NCBI GenBank assembly: GCA_030167865.1
Contig: JALAGF010003975.1
Location: 1 to 43,705, forward strand
DNA length: 43,705 nucleotides
Source: Craspedostauros australis
Taxonomy: Eukaryota
Direction: 5' to 3'
The position numbers were made by a program, and so were the translations under genes. The notes below the pieces were generated by a model. It made no database searches. It was not told where the DNA came from and was given only the letters and a program-made list of their open reading frames with translations. Below, piece by piece: positions 32,927 to 43,705 of the stretch; position 1 is the stretch's first letter, and every line of letters starts with the position of its first letter.

Positions 32927-35900
32927 ATGACCACCATTCTGCATTTGGCGACTCTGCTCCTGCCGAGCCTTCTCATGCTCCAGATCAACGCGTTGCAACC
33001 CATCCCCTCCGATCTCTTCGACAACGGATACGAGGACCCCTTGACGATACGGCGCAGGAACAACATCCCGTACAATTACCAACCGCAATGGATCGACGAA
33101 GTCAACTGCGCCACCATCGACGAGGAGACGTGCCGGGAAGTCGACGAGGCGTACGGCATCGAAGTGAGGAAGAAGCAGAAGATTATTACGGACGTCAACG
33201 AGCAACGCCGTCGCAGGAGGATGCAGGCTGCGCAACAGAACGGTGATGGTGAACACGCACAGAACGAAACCGACGCATCCCACAGCGAACAGCGAAGTCT
33301 ACAGGACTTGAATCCCATGGGGTCGTTCAAGGTCCTGGTATTGCTGATGCGATGGTCGGACCATGCATCGGTGGACATCGTTGCGCGCGAAGACTACGAT
33401 CGGATGTTCAATGCCGATCCCAGCGACCTTGGATCAACGGTGATCCCAACAGGTTCCGTGCGACGCTACTTCGAGGTCAACTCCTACGGCAAGCTCACGT
33501 TCGAAGCGCAGGTGGCGGATTGGCGGACCACGGATAACACGGAATCATTTTACGTGGGCACGAACCGCGGCGTCAGCCTGGACCTGCAGCAGTCGATGGT
33601 GCCCCTGTTGGAAGATCTGGACGACAATGGTTTTGACTTCGACACTGTGGATGGCGATGGCGACAACGTCATCGATCTGGTGGTCGTATTGCATTCCGGG
33701 TACGCTTCGGAGGAAGGTGGAGATGATTGCCGATTCAACACCCCATCGGAGCAACGCATCCAATCTCACTCGTCGGCAGCGACCAGCACATCGCTGGCGT
33801 GGCGATCGAGAAGTGGCAAGAGGGTCGTGCAGTACGTATTCGCCTCGGCATTCCGTCTGAGATGTGATGCAAATATCATCCGTCTTGGTGTCCCGACTCA
33901 TGAGATGTTCCACAATTTTGGCCTTCGCGATCTCTACGACCTCGACGGACGCTTCAACCCGGAGTCGGGGGACATCGGCGGCATCGATCGCTTCGGCCTC
34001 ATGGCGAATACTGCGGGGCAGAAGAACAACAAGGCGAGGCCAGGGCATTTGAGCGCTTGGTCGAAGGAACGTCTGGGCTTCATTGAATCCACGGTGATTT
34101 CGGCCGATGGAACATTCATGGCGCGGCCGGTGGAGCTGTTCGGCGAAGTTTTCCGAATCAACCTATCGGCAACGGAGTACTTGCTGATTGAAAATAGGCA
34201 GCCCATTCCAGTTGACTTCGATGAAAACTTCTTTGGAGAAGGAGGTAAGATTGGTTGGGCTGCAAATACCGAGCGTGACACGGCGGTGTACGAAGATCAG
34301 TGTTGCGTCATGGATTATGAAGTGACAGCAGCTCAGCATGGGTCGTTGCTATTGCTATTGCTGTGCACTTCACTTCGCGAGTTGAGCGAGGGTCTTGCGT
34401 CATCAATATCCGTTGCCCAACGTCGTACCAACCATCCCCTCACTTCCTTCAACTTGCATACGTGTATGTGGATATTGGACTTGATTATCTTGCTGAAATG
34501 CGCGGGAACTGTTCCACTGGGGCGTCGGGCTTCTACTCATACTCGGATTATAATCTATTCCATGCCCACATTATGACACAGGAATCGTGATCTACAAAGT
34601 GGACAGAGCAATGTAAGTTTTGCAAGAGCGGTGTCCCACAGAGCAGATCGAAGACTTACGATGGCTTGGCATGGAAGCTCCGCATGCCATCGTATGCATC
34701 AAGTCTCCTACCCGTATTCGAGTATGGATCGGCATGGACAATCACGCACTTGCGAAGCAACTGTCTTCTCTTGTCGACTAATCTCGCATCCCTTGTGTTC
34801 CATTCTGCATCCGTTCCGTTTCGCTTCCTGCGCTCGGATACTCCACGTTTCCACCCTCGTCGCCACGGAACATACGTGCCCGTACTTATACCTTGCACCT
34901 TGTCCTCATTTCACGACACGCGAAAACACCAACAGCACGGAACCAGCAGTTGGATCGTTCCAAGGCAATACTCGACGAGGGTTCCCAGGCCAAGGAGGTA
35001 AGCTGTGCACGGGCAGATGTGTTGATGTGCAGCTCGTGCGAAAGTGAAGGTCACAGCCTCGGGGAATAGGAGCACTGCCCCCTTTGTGACTACGCTTGCA
35101 CAAGACGATGCGACAAAGCATGACGTGCTGTCCGTTGTCTCGCCCATGCGATCTGACATTGGTTATTCTTTTCTTGTTTCTGCTTCATTCGCTTCGCGTT
35201 AGCAAATGTACTCTAATCTAACGCCTCTCTTGTACATCGCTGGACCCTATCATTCCATGTCACACTTACACCATGCATTGCATTGCATTACGTTCTCAAA
35301 CCTCGACATCAATCAGATTGGCCCGGCAATGGCAATCATTACGGGGTCGCCGTTCTCCAAGCCGACTCTCTCAGTTCGCCAGGAGGTGCGGACGGATACG
35401 AACTGGAGCAAACGCTCAATGGTGGCGAGGAGGAAGATCTATGGCTCACGAGCTCGCAAATTCTGGGTCCTGGAACCGCTGAGACTGTGGCCGCGAATGA
35501 CATCTACCCCAACACCGATCTATACAGCGAGTCAGGCCTGGGCGTCAGCGGCGTGACCGTCACCAACTTTCGAACAACTCCGACAGACGGCAGCGATCGA
35601 CCAACATACATGTTCGATGTCAGTGGATTGCTGGATGATGGATCAGAGACAGATAGTCCAACTGCGCGTCCAACACAAAATCCAACTCTCTCTCCATCGG
35701 TTGCGACGCAGTCACCAAGTCTCAATCCAACACCCGATCCGACATCCGATCCGGCATCTAATCCAACATCTGATCCAACCGACATGCCAACCGCGGGCCT
35801 GACCTCAGCACCTAGCACCGACAATCCATCCGCGGTACCAACAGCGTCGCCGACAATGACTTCACCATCGGTTCGTCCCACATTGCAACCTACGGTTCGT

Positions 35901-36467
35901 CTAGCGTCATCCACGCCAACTGGCAACGATCCCGGCACGAGCGCAGCACCAACAGCCGCGCTACGTACTTCACCAAGCTCTGCACCGTCTTCCAGCCTTT
36001 CCGAATCGCCATCCAATCCACCAACGCCTGACACAAGGACAACCCCGCCATCAGCGTCGATTATCCTGTCCATGCAGCCCACCCCTTCCAATTCCAAATC
36101 GCTTCTTTCTGAATCCCCGAGCGACCAACCAACCGCCTCACATGCGCCAAGCAGCGTTCCTTCGTCGTTCCCCACAACCATAACAGAAGTGCCAGCGACA
36201 CCTCCCACCCGCCCTCCTGCTCTTGCACCTGGTAACGCTGGAGGCGAAGAAATCATCCGCGTCTTTCAACCACTCTTCCCACCCACCGATTCTCCCACGC
36301 GCCGTAGGTCGCCCAGTCCATCTAGCAAAAGCGCAGGCAAAGGGAAAGGATCGAAGGCTGCGACGCGACTTGGCACGCGCAAGACAACCCGGAGGCGGAA
36401 TTCATCCGTATCCAAGGTTGCCACGGACACGAACAGTGGCATGAGGAAGGGACAATCGCATCGATAG
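32927..36467 (+). CDS. Secreted M6-family (immune inhibitor A-like) zinc metalloprotease with Pro/Thr/Ser-rich tail, about 853 aa, 4 exons
   Basis: Exons 32927-34244, 34582-34612, 34936-34997 and 35317-36467 join in frame (GGIVIYKVDRAI...GFPGQGDWPGNGNHYGVAVLQAD). Signal peptide, GSVRRYFEVNSYG, DGDGDNVID, HSGY..E, zinc motif HEMFHNFGLRDLYD, Met-turn GLMAN, SAWSKERLG, EYLLIENRQ. Confidence 0.88.
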
Positions 36468-36832
36468 AGGATGGGTAAGAAGCTTTGGAATGCCTGCCAA
36501 ATTTCGATAGAGATGGATGGATTGCTTGGCGCAATTCATCTGCTCTGCGCTCACCACAAGCACTCCGCAGACCATTGCTCTGCGCCAGGACATGATCGAG
36601 CATATTTGGGCAAAACAGGCAGCTCAGAGGAGCAGAGATGGAGACGCGCTGCGCGAAATCGTGCGATGCTCTATCGAAACCGAGTCGAAGCCTTTTGCAG
36701 TGTTCAATGGTGTAAAATTCTATGTTATATAATGCATTATCTCAACTCTGGACCGTTGCCCAGGAACAGATGTCGTGTTTGGATTGAGGTGGATGACCGA
36801 GTCGCATTCTCTCCTCCGCTTCATTCGTGAAT

Positions 36833-38395
36833 TCACTCCATTCCGGAACGCCTCAAGCGCTTGACCAGCATCTCGCAAACCAGAAGGGCAAGCGCAACGA
36901 ACGCAAAGATGGCAAACACCATCACGATCAAGGCTGTCGGCTCGTTTGTGACATGCTCATCATACAAGTCGCTGGTTGGGTAGACAAGGAAGCGGTAAAG
37001 ACAGTCGTCATCCAAATCGTTCTCATCCGAATTGGTTTTGGCTGCCTGTGTCACCAAGTCAGCAAAGTCCGTAAACTTGGAGCTGCGCACAAGCTTCTCG
37101 AAGTCTCGGTCATGGATGTCTCCTTCGCCAATCACATCCAGCATGCCGCTGTCCTTGTTGACGCGGAATGTGTACTCCTGTCCACACGAGTTGGAAATGA
37201 CGATATTGACGAGATCCGCGTTGACAGGGAACTTATCTGGCATGGACTCTTTCCAGTCTATCTCGAGAACGACGGATCCTGCAATAGCGTTGTCCGCTCC
37301 CAATTCGAAGACTGGAAAGGCCACAAGCACGGCTAGCTCGTCTTGGGTCCCCTTGCTGTAGTTCTCGTAGTATGCGCCCTCACGACGGAAGATCTCAGAA
37401 AAGGCCGGGGAACGATGCTTGATGATGCTGTCGAGAACGCGCTGGCGGACCGGCTCACTCATTTGGTTGTAAAGGAAGGTCGCCTTGCCGTTGTCGCCCG
37501 CCATGGTTGCCCACATCGGGTTCCACGGTGCCGAGCTGGTGTCATCCACCGCAGAGCCATCAGGACCGATCTCCCAGATCCCTTGCGATGTGGTCCTGGT
37601 TGGATACATGACGTCATTATCTCCGTGCGTCGGTGGCCCACATGTGCAGTCCTTTGCAAATTGAATGGTCTCCTGACAGCTTCCAAGTGCTCCTGCGCGA
37701 CCCAAGTTGTAAAAGGTCTTGCAACTGAAATCGCCAAAGAAGGGATGCGTGAGCACGAGATCTGGATTGGTGACAACCCAATCCAAGTTCCCACACAAGT
37801 CACAGACGGGGTTCGAACCTGGGGAGGGAATGCCTCCGTTAGTGCTTTCGACAGCGAAGCCCCAGAAGCTCTTGAGCTCGTCTTCGTTGAACAAGAAAGG
37901 TGACCAAGATGCGACCTTGGCGGAACCGGTCCAGCGCGTCTCCTCTGTCATGGTCTCCCAAAGTGGCATGGAGAGGTTGATCTTGTCCATCTCGCCAGCC
38001 CTCATGGTTTCATGGATGCTGCCGGCCAAGGTGCGCGAGTGCCAGAGCTTCTCCCTGGTCTCCACAAGGAACGCATGCACGGTCTTTTCAGCGATCTGAG
38101 CGAAGTCACGTTCGAAGGCGTCCTCCTCATCATCGCTGAGGTGAAGGAACAGGGTCGTGCCTGTGGCGACGGCAGCTGCCAGGAGAACCAGGACGGTCAT
38201 GATGCGGATGCCCAAGACGGACCTCTCGTTTGAGGAGTTGCGGGTGGCGGAAGACTTGTCGCCATTCGGCTTTGTTGATGGCGTCGCAGTCATGGACTGA
38301 GACTGGGAGTGGTCCGATTCATGGGTTGCAGAGTGCTTGTCGGAGGATGCGATCGATTCTGCATCATGCTTGTTGCTGTCGCTGTTGTTGTCCAT
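36833..38395 (-). CDS. Two-TM membrane protein with CHASE-like extracellular sensor (diatom receptor-cyclase N-terminal type) and no catalytic domain, about 520 aa
   Basis: ATG 38395, then TM1 IMTVLVLLAAAVATGTTLFL and EEDAFERDF, WSPF, APWNPMW, FLYNQMS, VAFPVFE...IAGSVVLEIDW, VISNSCGQEYTFRV, GEGDIHD, CLYRFLVYPT, TM2, and a stop 12 residues later. This motif series matches sensor regions of diatom receptor-type cyclases. Confidence 0.7.
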   Translation of the reverse strand: MDNNSDSNKHDAESIASSDKHSATHESDHSQSQSMTATPSTKPNGDKSSATRNSSNERSVLGIRIMTVLVLLAAAVATGTTLFLHLSDDEEDAFERDFAQIAEKTVHAFLVETREKLWHSRTLAGSIHETMRAGEMDKINLSMPLWETMTEETRWTGSAKVASWSPFLFNEDELKSFWGFAVESTNGGIPSPGSNPVCDLCGNLDWVVTNPDLVLTHPFFGDFSCKTFYNLGRAGALGSCQETIQFAKDCTCGPPTHGDNDVMYPTRTTSQGIWEIGPDGSAVDDTSSAPWNPMWATMAGDNGKATFLYNQMSEPVRQRVLDSIIKHRSPAFSEIFRREGAYYENYSKGTQDELAVLVAFPVFELGADNAIAGSVVLEIDWKESMPDKFPVNADLVNIVISNSCGQEYTFRVNKDSGMLDVIGEGDIHDRDFEKLVRSSKFTDFADLVTQAAKTNSDENDLDDDCLYRFLVYPTSDLYDEHVTNEPTALIVMVFAIFAFVALALLVCEMLVKRLRRSGME

Positions 38396-38842
38396 CTTGT
38401 TTTGCGGTGGTTGACAATGATTTATGAGTGCTGTGTACAATGTGGTGATGAGCAGGTTTAAAGACCGCGTGAGGTAAAGTGTGAGAGAGGAATGCAACAC
38501 GCAGTGCAACGGAAGTGCAATGAACGTGCATTGCAAGTGCAGTGGAAGTGATGTTGTGGCACGACATGGTGGGATGGCGTCGCGATTACTCGTCGGGGGG
38601 CAGCAGCTGATTACTGATACATCAAAGGAACGATGGAGGGCGTACGTACCTTGCCTTAGCTCGTACTGGTGCGCTGCTGTCGGTTCAGGTGGATTCTTTG
38701 TATTCCTTGTGGCGGTCTACAGTCACAGGCGCTATTGCTAATGCTATTGCTATTGCCAGTGATGTCCGGATGAAATTGTGAGATGATGGATCCAACATGA
38801 CAGAGGCAAGCTTCCTCTGCGGACAGGGCAGAATCGCCCCAG

Positions 38843-38846
<4 letters not shown>

Positions 38847-38892
<46 letters not shown>
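38847..38892. repeat. (TC)23 microsatellite
   Basis: Perfect dinucleotide run read directly. Confidence 0.95.
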
Positions 38893-38897
<5 letters not shown>

Positions 38898-39762
38898 GGC
38901 AGCACTCTCCACCGAGCGCACTCGCTGCGACTCTTCAAACGATGATGCGGATGATGCACGAGAGGGAAGCATTTGGAGCTACATGTACTCGATGGCAGGT
39001 TGACAACGATCTTTAGATGCGTCAGAGAGAGGCAATGCGGTCTTCCACATCTGTGGATGCGAAGATGTGCCACAGATTTACTCCCTCACGACCATCTCCG
39101 AAGCTGTTCTCTCCATCAGATTTTGTCAAAGTGTTGCTTTGATCTTGGTCAAGTGGAGGAACCATAATATCGACGAGTGCAAGAAGCATCGACAAGACCA
39201 CAAGGCAAGTTGGAAAGAAGGAATCAGCATCCTTCAGCGATCTGAGTTGTCTGCTACTGCCATGGATGATGCCTTGATTGATTGCCACATCAACCCCCAC
39301 TGTTCTTCCCGAAGCTTTTGCGTCGCTCATTTCATGGAGAGAGGAACCAACAGATGGAGTGGTTGCTGGTGTGGCGACCGCCATCAGGATCAGATGCAAC
39401 AACAGGATACAACAAGGCGCACGTTGTGCACGATCCCGTACCCGTTCCCACAGGCTCCCACCAATCAGACAGACTCGCCACAAAGAATCGAAACCGAATT
39501 GAGACGTGCCATGCAGTCGTGCTTCCATTCCCTCACTTTGGCGAAACGCTTTTTTTCGTGATTTCATTTTGGCCAAAATCGCCGTCAAAACCACACCATA
39601 GTACGGAAGACAGACAGACAGACATAATCACGTCACACGAGACGTGCAAAAAGCCACACTTCTGAACAACAAGAAAGGACACTCTTGAACGTTTGTGCTT
39701 CCTGTCTTTCATTCCACACGAGACCAAGAAACAGCCAAGCTCGTACATTGCCAAACATACAA

Positions 39763-39888
39763 GTGCTTGTACTCGTAATCGTGCTTGTACTCGTACTCGT
39801 GCTTGTACTCGTGCTTGTACTCGTTCTCGTTCTCGTACTCGTGCTTGTACTCGTGCTCGTGCTTGTACTCGTACTCGTACTCGTGCTC
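39763..39888. repeat. Degenerate hexamer array of 21 units (GTACTC/GTGCTT/GTGCTC/GTTCTC)
   Basis: 126 bp in perfect 6-bp register, beginning about 130 bp downstream of the GPCR stop codon. Confidence 0.92.
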
Positions 39889-40020
39889 GCACTATGCAAA
39901 TACTAGTATTATACGAGCTAAGCTATTATACAATCTATCATGCCCACTTCATTATGCTCCTATTGCCACTGCTGCTGGTGTTGCTTTTTGACGGTGAGTA
40001 CTAGCTATGCGAACGCGCGT

Positions 40021-43000
40021 TCATTGCTCGAAGTCCGATACAGTGCCCGCGTAATCTACACGAGAGATGCACGGCGAATTTGATGGGCTTGGATGTTGTG
40101 GCTGCTGCTGTTCTTGTTGCTGCTCCATCGTTGGCGAGGGCGCACGGACTTCATTGCCAGGATCTGTCGGCGATACCGTGGACGAGGATGTGTTCGTCCC
40201 GGGCTGGGAGGAGCACTTCTCCACATCCAACACCGGTGCCTTTTCTTGGTGTTTTGCGTTTGATGTGTCCGTCATCACGCTGAGTCGGTCGACATGGTGC
40301 TGCGACAACTGGGAACCGTACGCGTACGACAGAGCCGAAACGTTGGAGTTACGATGCCGGCCCGTCCCGCCAGCGTTCATGCCGGTCACGTGGATCTGAC
40401 CTCCCCCGACGCTGCCCCGCAGAGTAGTTGATCTCTCGTCATTCCAGTAGTATGCGATGAACTTGGGCAGCATGACCAACAGCAACGTCGAACCTGAAAT
40501 CACCGAGATCATCGAAACGAATCCCAGGTGCTGCCCGTTCGTTGACTGGCCCTCGAGGACCACGAAGACAGGAACGGACACCAGGATGATCTCCATGTGG
40601 GTGAAGATGAGGACGAAGATCCAGTACGCCTCCGAGTAAGCGTTGTCTACGTCCTTGGTCTTCCATGACATGATTCCGGTCAGAAAGACTGGGGTGATAT
40701 TCACGATCATCAGCGGGATGCCGAATCGTTTCCTGTGAACGCACCCGCAACTGCCGATGGACTCTCCTGTGGCTTGATCCACCACAGTCCGTTGCCATTG
40801 CAATGGATCGACGATGGTCCAGGTGGTTAGAATCGCGAACGCGGCGAAGATGAGCAAGGCGACAGGCCAGGCGACGTGCCGCACATCGATCTTCCGCCTC
40901 GTGAATGACAGCACCCGGTTGACCCTCCACAGCTTGGCGAACATGGCCCCGTACATGATGATGAATCCCGTGGATAGCAACCATGGCATCAAGGTGCACA
41001 TCGTGCTCAACGAACCTGTGCCCCAACCGAAGGATTCATCGAAGGAAATGGAAAGGATCCCAGAAGCGACGATCGCAGATCCCAGGAACAGCAGGTAAAG
41101 GAAGAGGGGTTGGGATGCTCTCAGCACCCGGTCCTTCTGGTGCATGTACACCCACACCGCGCAGAACACTGCGGATGCCATGATGGTGGACATGACAACA
41201 AAACCGAGTATTTGAATGGCTGCAGAATGAAGGATTTGTAATTTTGCGCGGGGTAGTGGTGCGCGAGGACAGTATCAAACAAGATCACATCCGTGTAGAG
41301 CAGAGTCGAGTGAAATTGGTAGAGCCCAGGTAGGCACACGAATAAAAGGTCCAACCGACACATCGCACACAGCACAATGCGCAAAACCGAAGAGGAGATA
41401 CCAGAACGTGGAATGGTGCGGTATGGTGCAGGTCGTGAGTTGATGGAGTATAGAGGTACTTGCACTCGTAAATGGGAGGATCAGTAATCCAACCAACCAA
41501 CCAGCCAATCGAGCGATGAAGTCATGGGTACGTAGCAACATGTATGGTACCACATGTCAACGAGCAATAGAATGGACAACGATGGACGTGCGTACCTGGT
41601 TCGAGATAATTCTGTTCTGGTGTGGTGCGAAGCAGCTTGGGCCCGCTGGTTGTGCCGTCGGCGTAGATGATTTGGTCCAACTCAACCCATGTCATGGGCA
41701 TCGTTTCCGTCTCCGGATAAAAGATGTGAGAGAGGATGTAATCCAACGGAGCATCCGGGCCTGATCCGGAGTCTTCCGAGGAATCCTCGCTGGAGCTGGT
41801 GTAGTTTCCCCCCCTGTTGGAATAACCGTCGTCATCGTAGTAGTCAGACAGGATTTTTCCGGGTGGCAGATTGTTGATGACAAACCACGCGAAGTTGGAT
41901 TGATCGCGCGCGTAGTTGCGAATCTCCTGCTTTCTGCGCACGGCCTTGGATTCCGCAATGAGACCATCCTCGTCCACCGTCATCTCCACCTTCTCGTCGT
42001 CGTTCTTCGTTTTATTGTTTGTGGTATCTCCGGTTTCGGGTTTTTGGAACTGGACGTGACCGGAGGCACCGAAGAATTCAAGCCTCCGGATCATGTTGTT
42101 GTGCTTCTGGCCGGTGATCTTGAAGGCCCCTTCTGGTGCTTGCAACGGCGTGAAGAAGTCTTGCGACAAGGCGGCCTTGTAGTCATCGAGCGTTGGGAGT
42201 TCCGAAATGTAGGTGCTGTTGTTGGCGAGATGGTCAAGGTAGTAAGGGACGAACTCCTCGCGGCGCGCCTCGTACTGCTTGCAGCCATCAAGCTTGTCGT
42301 AGTAGGCGAGGCAGCCCCCGATACCAATGGACATGATCGCATCGAAGAGCAAGTCCGAACCTGCCTCTGGTACATTGTTGAGGAAGTAGTCATCCTCGCC
42401 TCGGAAATAGCCAGGTTGTGATGGATCTTGAATGGGGGACAAGGCATCAACCCTGTCGAGGAGCTCGCGGGCCTTCACTGCATCCCAAGCCATCGATGCC
42501 CAAGCCTTTCGAAAACCGTTGTGTTCTAAGATGAGGGGGAAGAACCACACGGATCCCGCCAGCAACTGGGCGATGTTTTCATCGTCTGTGTAGATGTACT
42601 CGGGATCGAACTTGCCCCAGAAGATCCAGAGATAGTCCGTGTCGCCTTTGGCCACAGCGTCGCGATTGTTCATGCCGAGGTCCTGCGCAGCGTCCGCCAG
42701 CTGCTTCATCTCGCCAGAAGATGGATTATCCATGGCGACGATGATGGTGCGGTAGCCGCTCTCCCTGACTTGTTGCATGGCGTTTCTGATCTCCCGAGTC
42801 TTGACACCAATGTCGTAGCCAAATGAATTCCAGGAGACCTTGGTGCGTTTCTGTCTGTTTGACGCACGTCCTTCTTTCGGGATTTTCGTGACCTTTTCCG
42901 TTTGAACCGGTGGCAAGCCATCCTGATCGAGGGCCAATCCTAGGGCCTCCCTGCGCTGGATGCCAAGTTCCGACAGGCTGTGGATGAGGCTGACGAAGTC

Positions 43001-43702
43001 GGTGCGGTTGAAGTTCCTGAGGAATGACGTGACGACGTCCATGGATGCGAAGAGGTCGGGGAAGAGGGACGTGGTGTAAGGTCCATCATCGACGGAGGCG
43101 ACCTTGGTATTGTAAGCCCGGCTGACGACGTGCGGGAACTGCGCTGCCGTTGCCAGCGTCTGCAGCTCGAGTGCGGGATCGTCGTGGTAGGGACCTGCGA
43201 TGGCGCATGGCGGCCGTCCCGCGTTGAAGAGCCCCTGCGAGGCGAGGTGACCGACCGTTCCAGAGTCAAGGAAGGATTTCTCATCGAAGCCCAGCTGGAT
43301 GGGGCAATCATGCATGAGCGCGAGGTCGGGCACCAGAGCGGTAGACTTGGAGTTGAATTCCTCCAGGGCCATCACGGCCGCGATGAGCTGGTTGTATCCT
43401 GGGTTGTCATGGCGGAGATCGTTGGAGAAGGGCAGGTTGGCGACCTTCTCGTTGGTTGTTGCGTCGACAGTGGTGAACGGCATGAAGCTGAACATCTCGC
43501 AGGTGAAGTTGTTGGCCGAGCTGATCTTGGATGGCGCGTTCTTCGTCGTGGATTGCTCTCTCTGGAGGGTAGCCGATGCCAGCCACTGTGGTGATGCGCT
43601 GATGCTTCCGGTCCTGACGGGAGCGCGAGCAAGGAGCAGGGACGTTGCCTGGAGGCACACGAGGACTATCGCCACTTTCCTTGCATGCTGGTAGGTCGTC
43701 AT
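40021..43702 (-). CDS. Class C (GABA-B-like) G-protein-coupled receptor: periplasmic-binding-type ectodomain plus 7TM_3, about 1101 aa, 2 exons
   Basis: Exons 43702-41596 and 41219-40021, phase-1 intron GTACGC...CTGCAG. Ectodomain motifs AAVMALEEFN, CAIAGPY, GYRTIIV, LFDAIMSIGIGGC, FFGASGHVQF. 7TM motifs VLRASQPLFL, CTLMPWLLSTGF..MYGAMFAKLWRV, WTIVDPLQW, WKTKDV..AYSE, PKF. The start lies 3 nt from the window end. Confidence 0.88.
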
Positions 43703-43705
43703 TCC

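Noticed and set aside
35504..36256. Long antisense ORFs (this 250-aa one; also 7730-8542, 9133-9885 and 22898-23596)
   Set aside because: Shadow frames of real genes caused by codon bias and repeats.
39533..40004. Poly-VL, poly-ST and RV/RA ORFs
   Set aside because: These are translations of the hexamer array, not genes.
1..43705. Transposons, CRISPR arrays, rRNA/tRNA genes or prokaryotic defence systems (for example helicase plus STAND ATPase)
   Set aside because: I saw no RT, integrase or transposase motifs, terminal repeats, repeat-spacer periodicity or RNA-gene signatures. The helicase and ATPase-like genes are convergent eukaryotic genes, not an operon.

Overview
Gene-dense eukaryotic nuclear DNA with GT-AG introns, most consistent with a diatom, probably a pennate one. 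This is an inference from ASAF-type bipartite presequences, an M6 protease, a GABA-B-like GPCR and a cyclase-type CHASE sensor. I can support 15 protein-coding genes and worked out their exon junctions by hand. In order they are: the 3' end of a STAND/AAA_16-type protein, a UPF1/SEN1-like SF1 helicase, an atypical SGNH-fold protein, a TPR protein, a signal-peptide-bearing proteasome alpha-2-like subunit, the selenocysteine elongation factor eEFSec, a plastid triose-phosphate translocator, a 96-aa unknown protein, an ER PDI/thioredoxin protein (KDEL), NADPH-cytochrome P450 reductase, a hemerythrin-like protein, guanylate kinase, an M6 metalloprotease, a two-TM CHASE-like sensor and a class C GPCR. 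I saw no transposon, rRNA, tRNA or CRISPR array. The best leads are (1) eEFSec with a tandemly duplicated C-terminal domain 4, (2) an apparently ligand-less hemerythrin-like protein, (3) a CHASE-like sensor with no output domain next to a GPCR, and (4) a proteasome alpha subunit aimed at the secretory/periplastid route. All family calls come from motif recognition, with no database search. I cannot demonstrate a coherent new multi-gene system.
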